Shown: positions 1 through 9,398 of the stretch, piece by piece | How the letters are laid out: every line of letters begins with the position of its first letter | Position numbering within the stretch: position 1 is the stretch's first letter | From: Hyperthermus butylicus DSM 5456 | GTDB taxonomy: Archaea > Thermoproteota > Thermoprotei_A > Sulfolobales > Pyrodictiaceae | Length of the DNA stretch: 32,000 nt | NCBI RefSeq assembly: GCF_000015145.1 | Contig: NC_008818.1 | Span: forward strand, 360,001-392,000 | Direction of reading: 5' to 3' | The notes under the pieces: model-generated | Database searches by the model: none | What the model saw: only the letters and a program-made list of their open reading frames with translations | What the model was told of the DNA's origin: nothing | Made by a program: the position numbers and the translations under genes

Positions 1-74
1 GCACCAGCAGCGACAGGCAGGGCGAGAGAAGCAGCTAAGAACGCCAGAACCATAGCGGCCAGGTACACTCTCAT
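1..74 (-). CDS. Partial CDS, N-terminus of a secreted or membrane protein running off the left edge
   Basis: Reverse complement of 74..1 reads MRVYLAAMVLAFLAASLALPVAAG, a typical signal peptide or first transmembrane segment. Truncated by the window edge. Confidence 0.55.
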   Translation of the reverse strand, partial: MRVYLAAMVLAFLAASLALPVAAG

Positions 75-308
75 ACCACAGACCCCCAAACCGGTACAGA
101 GAAGAGCTAAGGGGATAAACGCATAGCTCCCCTCAGCCTCCGCCGTATATACGCTCACAGCCCCCGGCCCAAGGGCTCGCACCTAGCGAACGCTCATCAC
201 CAGCCGGACACCACGAGAAACACATAACCCCATGAACCGTAAAGAATTTACTCCACGCCACATAGAGTGAAGGATTACCGTGGAGCCCACAGCCCGGGAA
301 AAGGGCTG

Positions 309-385
309 GGCCCGTCGTCTAGCCTGGTTAGGACGCCGCCCTTACACGGCGGAGGTCCGGGGTTCAAATCCCCGCGGGCCCACCA
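309..385 (+). tRNA. tRNA-Val (TAC)
   Basis: Cloverleaf by eye: GGGCCCG/CGGGCCC acceptor, anticodon arm CCGCC-CTTACAC-GGCGG, T arm CGGGGTTCAAATCCCCG, encoded CCA. Confidence 0.95.
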
Positions 386-669
386 TGTACAACATAGTTC
401 TCCTCCCTTCTCCATTTCGTCGTGCCCTCAGAGTCAAGAGCATTGGTTCATGTATTGCAGCTTTCCTAAATAAAGTGCTGTTGTATACGCTACCACCTCC
501 AAGCAACGGGAAATAGTGTATCTAGGGCTTAGAGGTCGGCGCTCTGTCTTGGCTGGGCTATGGGCCCATTGTCTCCCAGTGTCTCTTAATACAGCACCTA
601 TCTGCAGTAATTAGGTTAATAATACTCTCCACTGCCTCTCCTACTGAGTTTAATGCTACAATGTTGCCC

Positions 670-1065
670 TCAGCTTCTGCTGATACCGCGGTCAGCTTCA
701 ATATACACTATACAACCACCCAATGCTCTAACATAGTCTGCAAGTTCTCTAAATCCCTCCACCACGATGACTTGAACTCCATGACTTAGGGCTAAATCTA
801 GGGCGTATTCAAGCCCTATAGCTCTCCTTACCACAACCATGTACTCTTCAGGTGAGACCGCGATAACGGGTGATGCGCCAGCCTCAAGGTATCTACCGGT
901 ATCCTTTACGCGATAGTCCACGTGAGGTTGGTGGATATGTTTAATTGCAGCAACGTGATAGCCTTGCTCTGTTAAGTGTCTTGTAAGCGAGGTACCTAAG
1001 AGAGTCTTGCCGTGACCCCGACCTGCTGCAGTAATGAGAACTATGGACTTGCAGGCTGTTCGCAG
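670..1065 (-). CDS. MobB-like P-loop protein (molybdopterin-guanine dinucleotide biosynthesis adaptor)
   Basis: The supplied ORF (670..921) starts at an internal GTG. The frame continues upstream as CKSIVLITAAGRGHGKTLLGTSLTRHLTEQGYHVAAIKHIHQPHVDYRVKDTGRY, including a P-loop (GRGHGKT). No ATG, GTG or TTG lies between the in-frame TAA and the P-loop. A CTG at 1065..1063 follows a GGAGGTG Shine-Dalgarno-like motif. Confidence 0.7.
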   Translation of the reverse strand: MRTACKSIVLITAAGRGHGKTLLGTSLTRHLTEQGYHVAAIKHIHQPHVDYRVKDTGRYLEAGASPVIAVSPEEYMVVVRRAIGLEYALDLALSHGVQVIVVEGFRELADYVRALGGCIVYIEADRGISRS

Positions 1066-1166
1066 TCTACTAGCACCTCCAGGAGTATGGGCTGGAGGCT
1101 TGAATAGTTAAAAATACAAGAGCTTGATTTGTGTAGCAGAGTTAAAAAAAATGTGGGGAACAGACT

Positions 1167-2396
1167 CTACCGGAATAATAGCAGCCTTCTAGGCTTCTCG
1201 TAGGGTTCTACAGCTAGTATTTGCAGGCCAAGCACATATAGCAGGAGCCATAGCCCTATTGCGCCTATGACTGAGGCCAGCTCTGCTCTGCTCGTTAGTA
1301 GCTCGTGCAGTGCTTCTTCTGCATAGTTCTCGCCTATAGAATGTAGTGCTAGTGCGTGGTAGTCTTCTAGTGCTTCAAGCCTTACTACCTGGCCAGCAGC
1401 GACAACACTATGTAGTAGCGTGAAGCCGCCCAGCACAGCTAGTACTGAGGCTAACAGTAGTGCTGCACCAGCCTTTCTCCACGTAGCTATGAGACCTAGT
1501 GATATAGGTACTATAACAGCTAGCAGTATTGAGAGCCAGAAGAGCCCCGCCAACTCACCGGACGTCAGTATTTCTGCCGTCTTTTCTGCGAGCCCCCATC
1601 CTGTCTGCTGTAGTAGCATCCACCCAGTAATGAATCCTACAGCGAGCGCCATACCTGCAAGCTCCTTAGACACTGATGGTATATTGTGACGCCACTCTTC
1701 AAGAGAGAGCTTCGAGGCAGCCCTCGCAACTACTCCCAAGCCTATTGCTATCCATGCAGCACCAAGCATGAATGCTAGCGCTATATTGAACACGCCCAGT
1801 GGAGCGGCGAACCAGCCTGGTATAGCGACGTTGTAGCCGAATGCTAGCGCAAGGTTGTACTCTAGCGCTAGGCTTGCTAGCAGCCCTCCCACTAGCAGCG
1901 CCTTGCCAAGCCCTGTGTAGAGGCTGTCTTCTCCCTTGTTAAACACGTAGACCATTGTCGCTAGTAGGAATGCCGCGTACACTATGTATAGTATGCCGTT
2001 CCAAGCTATCCTTGACTCTGGGTTGAAGCCAAGGTATATCCACAGACTGTGCTCTATGTGTAGTAGGTCAGCGAAGACTAGTGCAATGCCTGGAACTAGT
2101 AGTGCTAGGGCTAGCACTAGTAGCTTACGTATCTCATTCCTGGCCTCTCTTTGCCCGAGTATTGCAACTCTAATCGCCAAGGCATCGTATACGCCGCCGC
2201 TCGAGATGGCGAAGAAGACATAGCCTGTAACCATCAATCCCCACGGGGCTAGCGCGTGTAGTGGTGATGCCTCGCTTAGTGTCTGGCGGCTGTAAATGCC
2301 GTAGATGAATAGTACTGTAAGCAGGCCGCCGACAATTATGAAGGCTGCTCCAGCCGCTCCTAGCCTAGCACCACTAGCAACCCTACCATGGCTCAT
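1167..2396 (-). CDS. NrfD/PsrC-type polytopic membrane subunit of molybdopterin oxidoreductase
   Basis: 409 aa, many hydrophobic helices, directly downstream of the 4Fe-4S and catalytic subunits on the same strand. Confidence 0.8.
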   Translation of the reverse strand: MSHGRVASGARLGAAGAAFIIVGGLLTVLFIYGIYSRQTLSEASPLHALAPWGLMVTGYVFFAISSGGVYDALAIRVAILGQREARNEIRKLLVLALALLVPGIALVFADLLHIEHSLWIYLGFNPESRIAWNGILYIVYAAFLLATMVYVFNKGEDSLYTGLGKALLVGGLLASLALEYNLALAFGYNVAIPGWFAAPLGVFNIALAFMLGAAWIAIGLGVVARAASKLSLEEWRHNIPSVSKELAGMALAVGFITGWMLLQQTGWGLAEKTAEILTSGELAGLFWLSILLAVIVPISLGLIATWRKAGAALLLASVLAVLGGFTLLHSVVAAGQVVRLEALEDYHALALHSIGENYAEEALHELLTSRAELASVIGAIGLWLLLYVLGLQILAVEPYEKPRRLLLFR

Positions 2397-2403
2397 AGGT
2401 CGC

Positions 2404-3060
2404 TCACCTCCTCCTCATCACATGGGTTTTGGCTGGAGGAACGAAGAAGAGCTTGGGTTTAGTACCAAGCTCTGGAGCTAGTGCAACAGCATAACCTTCA
2501 CTTACAAGCTTATGTACAATGCTGTTCGGGTCGTCTAAGTCACCGAAGAACCTTGCCTGGAAGGCACAAGCTTCGACACATGCTGGAACCCACTTACCAT
2601 CACCTTCCTTAGCACGATGATAGCAGAACGTGCACTTGTCGGGATATCCCGGTGCTAGAGCTTCTGAATGCGGTGCTGGTCCTCTCATCTTGCCACGGTA
2701 CACTGTTCTCGCAGCGTAGGGACACGCGATGACACATGCACGGCAGCCAATACACTTACTATGGTCGAGCATTACGACGCCTTCCTTAGTCTTGTAGGTT
2801 GCCCCGGTGGGGCAGACAGCGGCACATGGCGGGTTTTCACAGTGCATGCACTGTATGAAGTACGGTACATCGCCAAATGGCCCTCCACGGATCATTGCAG
2901 GCTTCGTCCTTGCGTAGAATATAGCGTTGCCCTCCGGAAGTTCAACATTTTCGCTAAACTGTCTAGCAATATTCTCTCTTATACATGCGATACTACACGC
3001 CATGCAGCCGGTACATCTATTGAGATCTATAACCATTGCAAGTCTAGCCATTCTAGCCAC
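2404..3060 (-). CDS. 4Fe-4S ferredoxin-type electron transfer subunit (PsrB/DmsB-like)
   Basis: Multiple cysteine clusters: CTGCMACSIACIREN, CMHCENPPCAAVCPTGA, CIGCRACVIACPYAAR, CTFCYHRAKEGDGKWVPACVEAC. Confidence 0.92.
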   Translation of the reverse strand: MARMARLAMVIDLNRCTGCMACSIACIRENIARQFSENVELPEGNAIFYARTKPAMIRGGPFGDVPYFIQCMHCENPPCAAVCPTGATYKTKEGVVMLDHSKCIGCRACVIACPYAARTVYRGKMRGPAPHSEALAPGYPDKCTFCYHRAKEGDGKWVPACVEACAFQARFFGDLDDPNSIVHKLVSEGYAVALAPELGTKPKLFFVPPAKTHVMRRR

Positions 3061-3076
3061 CCCCTAGCCAGCTAAT

Positions 3077-5650
3077 TCATCCCGTGATCTTCTCTATTCT
3101 TACGACAAAATCATGCTGGGCAGCTCTATAACCCTCTTCGGGAACTACAGCCTCATCAGGATCGGCAAGGAGGTTATTATTGATGCCATAACCGCCTCCT
3201 TTGCTGAAGAGTTTAACTGTGATCTCTCTGCCCTCCCGTGTCTTTATCCTAGCTGTCCTTGGTATAACCATCTCATCTATGGCTGTTGCATGTGGAGCTG
3301 CGATAATGTATGGGTGTACATCCTCACTTACTATGACCTTTGCAATTATTTCGCCTCCGGCACCCTTAATCCTTACCAGGTCTCCTGTCCTCAGCCCAAG
3401 CTTCTCGGCTCTGCTTGGATGTATTAGGACACCGTACAAGTTCTTGTATTCTAGAGCATCTATTGAGAGCTTCGCGAATCTTATGAGCATGTTTATCGAT
3501 GTTAGCGGGTCCTGATACTCTACCGGTATGAACTCATCTGGTGCCAGCTGGCCTTTCCTCATCCAGAGTGGCCGTATCCATATAGGGAATGGGTTCAGCG
3601 GCGACTCTTTTCCGACGAACCCTCTATACTTCTCTAGAAGTGCCACATTAACTATCTCGAGTTCACCGGTAACTGTTGATAGAGGCTCACCACCCCATGG
3701 ATGATACTTTGGCTTCGTCCATAGCATTACATAACCCTTCTCCAGCAGCTCGTCGAAGTTTATGCCTAGTGCTTCAGCTTGCTTGCGCTGGACCTCAAGT
3801 GGGTCAACTTCCACGTTTGGTGGCAGTTTGCCGAGTCTCTTAGCGAGTTCTACAAGGATCCACCAAGTGGGTCTAGCATCTATGCCGGATGGTGGATCGA
3901 CAGCCTTTATGCCTGTGGTTACAAGACTAACATAGCTCTTCTTAGCAGTTTGCAGCGACCAGGTTGTTGCCTCGAAGAAGAGCGGTATGGGGAGTACTAT
4001 ATCGGCATACATCACCGTCTCATTGAAGGTTGTGTCAGCTACCACTATGAGTTCAACACGCTTCTCATCCTTTAATGCTTCCAGGAACTTCCTGCCGCTT
4101 ACCGTATGGGCTACGAGGTTCTCGAGATGTATGAATAGTAGACCTATTGGGTATGGCTTACCCGTCATTATTGTTTTGACGAGGAGCTGACTCCAGCACT
4201 TACCTATAATATTTTCAATACCGTTCTGGGCCCAGTAGTCGGGTATGGATAGCCCGGTGGGCTTCGTTTTCTCTATTCCTATGATGTCGAAGGGATGCTT
4301 AATCTTTGGTTTGCCAGCCGGATATGCTACGCCTCCGACGCTTCCAACACTACCTATAAGCACGTTTATGAGCATGTTCACTCTCTTCAGCATACCCTCG
4401 TTATAATATCTTGCACCTTTGTAGCCATGGTCTATGAAGGCCTTGGGTGCTGCTTCAGCTAGCTCTCTTGCAATTCTCCTTATAGTGTTGGCTGGTACAC
4501 CTGTAATCTTTTCAGCCCATTCAGGTGTATAGTCTTTCACATGATCCTTCAGTAGGAGAAGGGCTGTCTTTACAGGCCTGCCATTGTAGGTACCTTCATA
4601 CTCTAGCGCTGGCTGTTTAGCTTCTGTCTTCAGCTTGAACTCGCCGGTAGCCTCGTCGTATACTAGATACGTCTTCTTACCCTCCATCAACGGATTATCG
4701 GCGAGCTTGACAGGTTCTAGGGTGTCCGCGTAGAAGAGCATTGGCGCGTTAGTCCACTTGATTAGATAGTCTTTATTGTAGAGCTTTTCGGTAAGTATCA
4801 CGTTGAGAATAGCGAGTGATATAGCTAAATCGGTTGCAGGAGGTATTATGTAGTATTCGTCGGCTATCGCTGTGAGCCGGCTCTTCCTCACATCGAATAC
4901 CACAAGCTTTGCCTTATTGGCTCTACCTTCGGTGAACATCTTTGTCCATGCTGAGGCAACAATTCCTCCTACTGGGTTGCGGCCCATAACGATGATCATC
5001 TTGGCATTCTTATAGTCTGGCTGAAACGCGGAGGGCCCCTTTGGGCTGCCGAATATGAACTTGTGGCCGATATCCATGCCTGTGTGGCAAGTATCACAGT
5101 GCTGAGTAGCATTGGGAGTGCCAATAACGTTCTTGAAGAAGTCTCTTACATGACTACCTTCGTAACCCTGGTGGGATACCGCGACTATGCGGTGTACCTC
5201 ACCCTTATCCATGAGTTCTTTTATTTTCTTAGCTATGATGTCAAGTGCTTCCTCCCACGTTATCTCCACGAATTGGCCACTACCACGAGGACCGACTCTC
5301 TTTAGGGGCCTAGGTATTCGCTCCGGCAAATATCGCAGCTCGAATATGGTTTGTGGCCTGCCACAGATAGCGAAGAACTCATCATGTGAAGGATCGGATG
5401 CATATACTATCTTCTCTATTACTTCCTCATCGCCAACTTTACGCACGTAAATCTTGAACGGGCAGCGTTGACCACAGATTAGACAACTGCTAACAACTAC
5501 TTTAGATTTAGAAGGCTCGCTAGCAGCTGCTGCGAACTTTACACCACCTTTATCGATAACCGTCCGAGGCCTTGGCAGCGAAAGGGGTAGTGCTACTGAT
5601 GCTCCTGCCACAGCAGCGATCTTTATAAAATCACGCCGTGATATCTTCAC
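3077..5650 (-). CDS. Tat-exported molybdopterin oxidoreductase catalytic subunit (polysulfide/thiosulfate/sulfur reductase-like)
   Basis: 857 aa. Tat motif SRRDFIK plus hydrophobic stretch, N-terminal CLICGQRC...CGRP 4Fe-4S motif, GTPNATQHCDTC near the expected metal-ligand site, and a C-terminal MPT-binding domain. Substrate not determinable. Confidence 0.9.
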   Translation of the reverse strand: MKISRRDFIKIAAVAGASVALPLSLPRPRTVIDKGGVKFAAAASEPSKSKVVVSSCLICGQRCPFKIYVRKVGDEEVIEKIVYASDPSHDEFFAICGRPQTIFELRYLPERIPRPLKRVGPRGSGQFVEITWEEALDIIAKKIKELMDKGEVHRIVAVSHQGYEGSHVRDFFKNVIGTPNATQHCDTCHTGMDIGHKFIFGSPKGPSAFQPDYKNAKMIIVMGRNPVGGIVASAWTKMFTEGRANKAKLVVFDVRKSRLTAIADEYYIIPPATDLAISLAILNVILTEKLYNKDYLIKWTNAPMLFYADTLEPVKLADNPLMEGKKTYLVYDEATGEFKLKTEAKQPALEYEGTYNGRPVKTALLLLKDHVKDYTPEWAEKITGVPANTIRRIARELAEAAPKAFIDHGYKGARYYNEGMLKRVNMLINVLIGSVGSVGGVAYPAGKPKIKHPFDIIGIEKTKPTGLSIPDYWAQNGIENIIGKCWSQLLVKTIMTGKPYPIGLLFIHLENLVAHTVSGRKFLEALKDEKRVELIVVADTTFNETVMYADIVLPIPLFFEATTWSLQTAKKSYVSLVTTGIKAVDPPSGIDARPTWWILVELAKRLGKLPPNVEVDPLEVQRKQAEALGINFDELLEKGYVMLWTKPKYHPWGGEPLSTVTGELEIVNVALLEKYRGFVGKESPLNPFPIWIRPLWMRKGQLAPDEFIPVEYQDPLTSINMLIRFAKLSIDALEYKNLYGVLIHPSRAEKLGLRTGDLVRIKGAGGEIIAKVIVSEDVHPYIIAAPHATAIDEMVIPRTARIKTREGREITVKLFSKGGGYGINNNLLADPDEAVVPEEGYRAAQHDFVVRIEKITG

Positions 5651-6138
5651 GACAATACATCCCTCCCGTGATGCTACACCATTCTCTGCCGTTATAGTAG
5701 TACTTATCGATATGTGGGTTATTTATGTAGTATCCCTGCTTTTTGAGGTATTTTCAACATAGTATCGTGTCTGTTAGTTTTTACCTATTTCTATGAATGA
5801 GATTCCATAGATCATTAAAAGAACATTATTGAACACATACTTATAAGTTTCTAATACATTATTTACATGAGTTTTCGTTTGGATCTTTTAGCATTTTGGT
5901 TTAATATTGTGATATTGCTTATGTTAAGCTTAAGCATGAAATATTAGTTCATTTAAAAATAATGACAATAATAGTGGTAATTATTGCTCTAGCCTCTCCG
6001 GGATCATCTAGCTGTTGTTTCCTATCGTCGACTACAGCCTACAACCTATGACTTGCTCTAGGTATTGCAATTGCTTTGGACGATATAATAATTAATTTAA
6101 ATAATTAATTTACACACTATTCCTTATTCCTTGCAACA

Positions 6139-6600
6139 TCAAACTTCTACAATTTTTCCTGCGAGATCTAGGAGGCTTTCTATTTCTCTTAGGCAGTAGA
6201 CGCGTAGTCTTCCATCTCTAAAGATGAGTATAGCGAAATTGTCGAGGCCGTTGTCTCTAGTACATTTTTTTGACTCGTTCCTTACGAATACATAGATGCC
6301 AGCATAGTCGAGTCTGAGCTTAACCCCATTGGCATCAGCCTCCCTAATTACGTATGACGGAAGTTTAGCGAGATCGGTATCGGGGTTCACTACTATTACA
6401 GATGCTGCTGTAGCTAGCTCGTAGGCTGCAAGAGTTTTAGCTGCATTCTCAAGTAGTCTCCGTGCTCTCTTCTCAATAGACCATACGGCTTGTTTGCTCA
6501 GACCCAACATTCTTGCTATCTCGCCCAGCCCCAGCCCCTTATCTCTAAGTGCTAGCACCGTGATCTGTACCCGATTCAACAGCCCATAACTCAAGTACAT
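6139..6600 (-). CDS. Tfx family DNA-binding transcriptional regulator
   Basis: N-terminal HTH (LLNRVQITVLALRDKGLGLGEIARMLGLSKQAVWSIEKRARRLLENAAKTL) and a C-terminal domain matching the archaeal Tfx layout. Confidence 0.8.
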   Translation of the reverse strand: MYLSYGLLNRVQITVLALRDKGLGLGEIARMLGLSKQAVWSIEKRARRLLENAAKTLAAYELATAASVIVVNPDTDLAKLPSYVIREADANGVKLRLDYAGIYVFVRNESKKCTRDNGLDNFAILIFRDGRLRVYCLREIESLLDLAGKIVEV

Positions 6601-6657
6601 GTCACCATATTTACTTCGAATAAGGGAATAGTTATTTATTTTTCCTACTCAAGTACA
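6589..6657. promoter_or_regulatory. Divergent promoter region between the Tfx-type regulator and the ABC transporter, bounded by an 11-bp direct repeat ACTCAAGTACA
   Basis: ACTCAAGTACA at 6589-6599 (overlapping the Tfx start codon) and again at 6647-6657 (2 nt before the ATG at 6660). AT-rich TTATTTATTTTT lies between them. Confidence 0.45.
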
Positions 6658-6659
6658 CT

Positions 6660-7532
6660 ATGCCTCGGAGATGTTGGTTGCGGAGGGCTCTCGCCCTAGC
6701 GGTGTTAGCACTATTGCTCCTAATAGCACTCTCAACCACCTACCTAGCGTATCAACAACACTATGAAAACGATGGAGGCGTTACTCTCCACGTGTATCTC
6801 TGTGCTGCAGGACGAGAGGCATGGGAGAAGGTTATTACTCTCTTCGAGGAGGAAACAGGTATTAAAGTAGATGTTGTCTATGGCAGTTCGGGCGAGCTTC
6901 TAGCTCGTATAGCTGCAGGCGCCCCAGCAGATGTCTATGCACCTGCTTCACCACGCTACATGATTGAAGCAGTTGAACGCGGCCTAGTAGATCCGTCCAC
7001 GGTACGTCCCGTCGCGTTCCTCATTCCTGTCATAGCCGTTCCGGCAGGCAATCCAGCTAATGTTAGGAGTATCTATGATCTTGCAAGACCGGGGGTCAAG
7101 GTAGCTCTTGCAGACACTAGAGCTGCTGCAATAGGCGCACATAGCGTTGAGATTTTGAGACGTGCTGGTATCCTGGATGATGTTATGGATAACGTGGTCG
7201 CTTATGCTGATACTTTCACTAGGTTAGTATCCCTCGTTGTAACAGGAGCTGTCGATGCTACGATAGCATGGCACGCAATCAAGTACTGGTACCCGGATCG
7301 GGTTGAGACGATACCACTACCATCAAACCTCGTAAATGCATCCTGGATACCAATAGCTGTTACAACACATTCGAAAAATCCAGATACTGCTCTAAGATTT
7401 GTAGAATTTGTCACTACTGATCCACGCGCTAGAAAGGTGTTTCTCGAGCTTGGCTACATAGTAGACGTTAAAGAAGCCTTGGAACATGCAGAGGGGGTTG
7501 AAGCTGAATGGCTAATCAGCTCTACCTCCTAG
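6660..7532 (+). CDS. Molybdate/tungstate ABC transporter substrate-binding protein (ModA/WtpA/TupA superfamily)
   Basis: Signal anchor, then FEEETGIKVDVVYGSSGELLARIAAGAPADVYAPAS, typical of the family. Followed by permease and ATPase genes. Confidence 0.85.
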   Translation: MPRRCWLRRALALAVLALLLLIALSTTYLAYQQHYENDGGVTLHVYLCAAGREAWEKVITLFEEETGIKVDVVYGSSGELLARIAAGAPADVYAPASPRYMIEAVERGLVDPSTVRPVAFLIPVIAVPAGNPANVRSIYDLARPGVKVALADTRAAAIGAHSVEILRRAGILDDVMDNVVAYADTFTRLVSLVVTGAVDATIAWHAIKYWYPDRVETIPLPSNLVNASWIPIAVTTHSKNPDTALRFVEFVTTDPRARKVFLELGYIVDVKEALEHAEGVEAEWLISSTS

Positions 7533-8281
7533 CGCTTTTGCCACCAATAATGATTGCTTGCTTAATGATAGCCTCAGCTATAGCATGGAGTAGTCCTCAA
7601 GCCATACTTGAGGCATTAGCTAAGCCCAGTACTCAAAGAGCGGTTATGCTCAGTGTAGCATCTGCCGCTGTAGCATCGGCTATTGCCATTTCATCAGCTG
7701 CACCAACTGCCTATGTGCTGGCTAGATCGAATATACCTGGCAAGGCTTTGGTAGCCGCATTTCTAACAGCCCCTCTTGCCGCACCACCTGTTGCTACGGG
7801 CTTTCTTCTACTAGTCTTCTTTACTTCAAACCCTCTAGGCAGAATTGTTGACAGAATAATAGGTGTTGTCCTAGATGTACCAGGTATAATCATTGCACAA
7901 ACGGCTGTAGTCTACCCGATAGCCCTTAGACTTCTCTGGGAGGTATTTGATGCTGTCAACCCGAACTACGAGGAGGTTGCAAGAACTCTCGGCTGTAGAA
8001 CTCTATGCAGAATAACCAACATTCTAATCCCGCTCTCGTTCAGGGGCATCATTGCATCATATGGTGTTTGCTTTGCAAGGGCTATGGGCGAGTTTGGAGC
8101 TACAGTCATGCTGGCTGGGGCAACACGAGGCAAAACAGAGACCTTGCCAATAGCCATCTACCTATCCTTCGCTGAAGGCGAGCCTGGGGTTGCCGTAGCT
8201 CTTTCACTCATTTCGATAGCTGTCGCCGTGCTCTTTTTGACCATGTACTGGGTTCTTGGTGGCAGGGCATGGAGGCGGTGA
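7508..8281 (+). CDS. Molybdate/tungstate ABC transporter permease (ModB/WtpB-like)
   Basis: Multiple TM helices and the EAA loop EVARTLGCRTLCRITNILIPLSFRGIIASYGVCFARAMGEFGATVMLAG. Confidence 0.88.
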   Translation: MANQLYLLALLPPIMIACLMIASAIAWSSPQAILEALAKPSTQRAVMLSVASAAVASAIAISSAAPTAYVLARSNIPGKALVAAFLTAPLAAPPVATGFLLLVFFTSNPLGRIVDRIIGVVLDVPGIIIAQTAVVYPIALRLLWEVFDAVNPNYEEVARTLGCRTLCRITNILIPLSFRGIIASYGVCFARAMGEFGATVMLAGATRGKTETLPIAIYLSFAEGEPGVAVALSLISIAVAVLFLTMYWVLGGRAWRR

Positions 8282-8961
8282 AACTCGTTAACATATGGAA
8301 GAGGTATGATGGTAAAAGAGATTGGGTGCTATTAGGTGTAACATTCAGTACTCAAGAGGGCAAGTTCGTAGTCATTGTGGGGCCTAACGGGTCTGGCAAG
8401 ACAACTCTTTTAAAGATAATTGTAGGCCTACTTGAACCAGCTAAGGGTGAAGTTTACATTAATGGACGCCTAGTTTACAGCAGTGACGCAGGTATTAATG
8501 TACCTCCTGAAGAGCGTGGAGTTGGCTACGTACCGCAAGATGTTGCCCTTTTCCCACACATGTCGGTCTATGATAATATTGCTTTTGGGCCCCGGATTCA
8601 CGGCCTTCCCGAGCATGAGGTGAGAGAACGTGTCGAATGGGCTGCTAAAGCTTTAGGGGTTGAGAATTTACTAAATCTTTATCCCCAACAACTAAGTGGT
8701 GGCCAGGCACAGAGAGTAGCCATAGCTAGGGCTCTAGCATTGAAGCCTCATGTGCTTCTTCTCGACGAGCCATTCAGCCATATTGATCCATGGTCACGTG
8801 GTAGGCTGCGTAGGCTACTAAGACAACTAACACGCAAAACTGGCATGACGGTGGTGATGACAAGCCACGATCTCGAAGATGCTCGAGAAGCCGATGAAGC
8901 ATATATACTCCACAATGGTGTTATCAAGCTATTTTATGCCGACTCAGCATCAGTAGACTAA
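8269..8961 (+). CDS. Molybdate/tungstate ABC transporter ATP-binding protein (ModC/WtpC-like)
   Basis: Walker A GPNGSGKTT, signature LSGGQAQRVAIARAL, Walker B VLLLDEPFS, H-loop TSHD. Short overlap with the permease gene. Confidence 0.9.
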   Translation: MEAVKLVNIWKRYDGKRDWVLLGVTFSTQEGKFVVIVGPNGSGKTTLLKIIVGLLEPAKGEVYINGRLVYSSDAGINVPPEERGVGYVPQDVALFPHMSVYDNIAFGPRIHGLPEHEVRERVEWAAKALGVENLLNLYPQQLSGGQAQRVAIARALALKPHVLLLDEPFSHIDPWSRGRLRRLLRQLTRKTGMTVVMTSHDLEDAREADEAYILHNGVIKLFYADSASVD

Positions 8962-8976
8962 CGGGCTGTCTCCAAG

Positions 8977-9366
8977 TTGAAGCTGTGCCCTGCATCAACG
9001 GGGTTTGGCTACATAATCCTTGGAGGCCATAAATACGACCACGATATAGTTGTCTATCCTGATGGATCTACTACAAGGCGTGAGAAGACTCTCTCAAAAC
9101 CTGAAGCAGACCTCTATAACCACACGCCACTCTCTAGGCGTGAGCTCGACTTCTATCTTTCGAAAGTCGATAGCGTCGACTGTGTAATAATTGGTACCGG
9201 GCAAAGAGGAGCTATGAAGGTTACACCAGAAGCTATGGAGAAACTAGCAGAACTTGAGAAACAAGGTGTTAGAGTGTTTATCGATATTACACCCAGGATT
9301 GTTGAGATGTGTCATGAACTCGAAAAATGTAGAAAGCCGCTAATTGTAATACATGTAACTTGCTGA
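8977..9366 (+). CDS. Mth938-domain (DUF498) protein
   Basis: VVYPDGSTTRREK...VDCVIIGTGQRGAMKVTPEAMEKLAELEKQGVRVFIDITPRIVEMCHEL, matching the family pattern. Confidence 0.65.
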   Translation: MKLCPASTGFGYIILGGHKYDHDIVVYPDGSTTRREKTLSKPEADLYNHTPLSRRELDFYLSKVDSVDCVIIGTGQRGAMKVTPEAMEKLAELEKQGVRVFIDITPRIVEMCHELEKCRKPLIVIHVTC

Positions 9367-9398
9367 ACTAGATTTATCACTTATCTAGCCGCAGGGAG

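Noticed and set aside
267-516. Two overlapping ORFs (267..473 and 280..516) on the plus strand
   Set aside because: Both read through the tRNA-Val gene at 309..385 and have no protein-like signature.
1420-5450. Several plus-strand ORFs opposite the NrfD/ferredoxin/molybdopterin genes
   Set aside because: Antisense shadows of strongly supported coding regions with low-complexity, Ser/Thr-rich translations.
6088-6112. Tandem AATAATTAATTTA units, considered as a CRISPR-like or transposon end
   Set aside because: Only two short AT-rich units with no spacers or flanking duplications. More likely low-complexity intergenic DNA.
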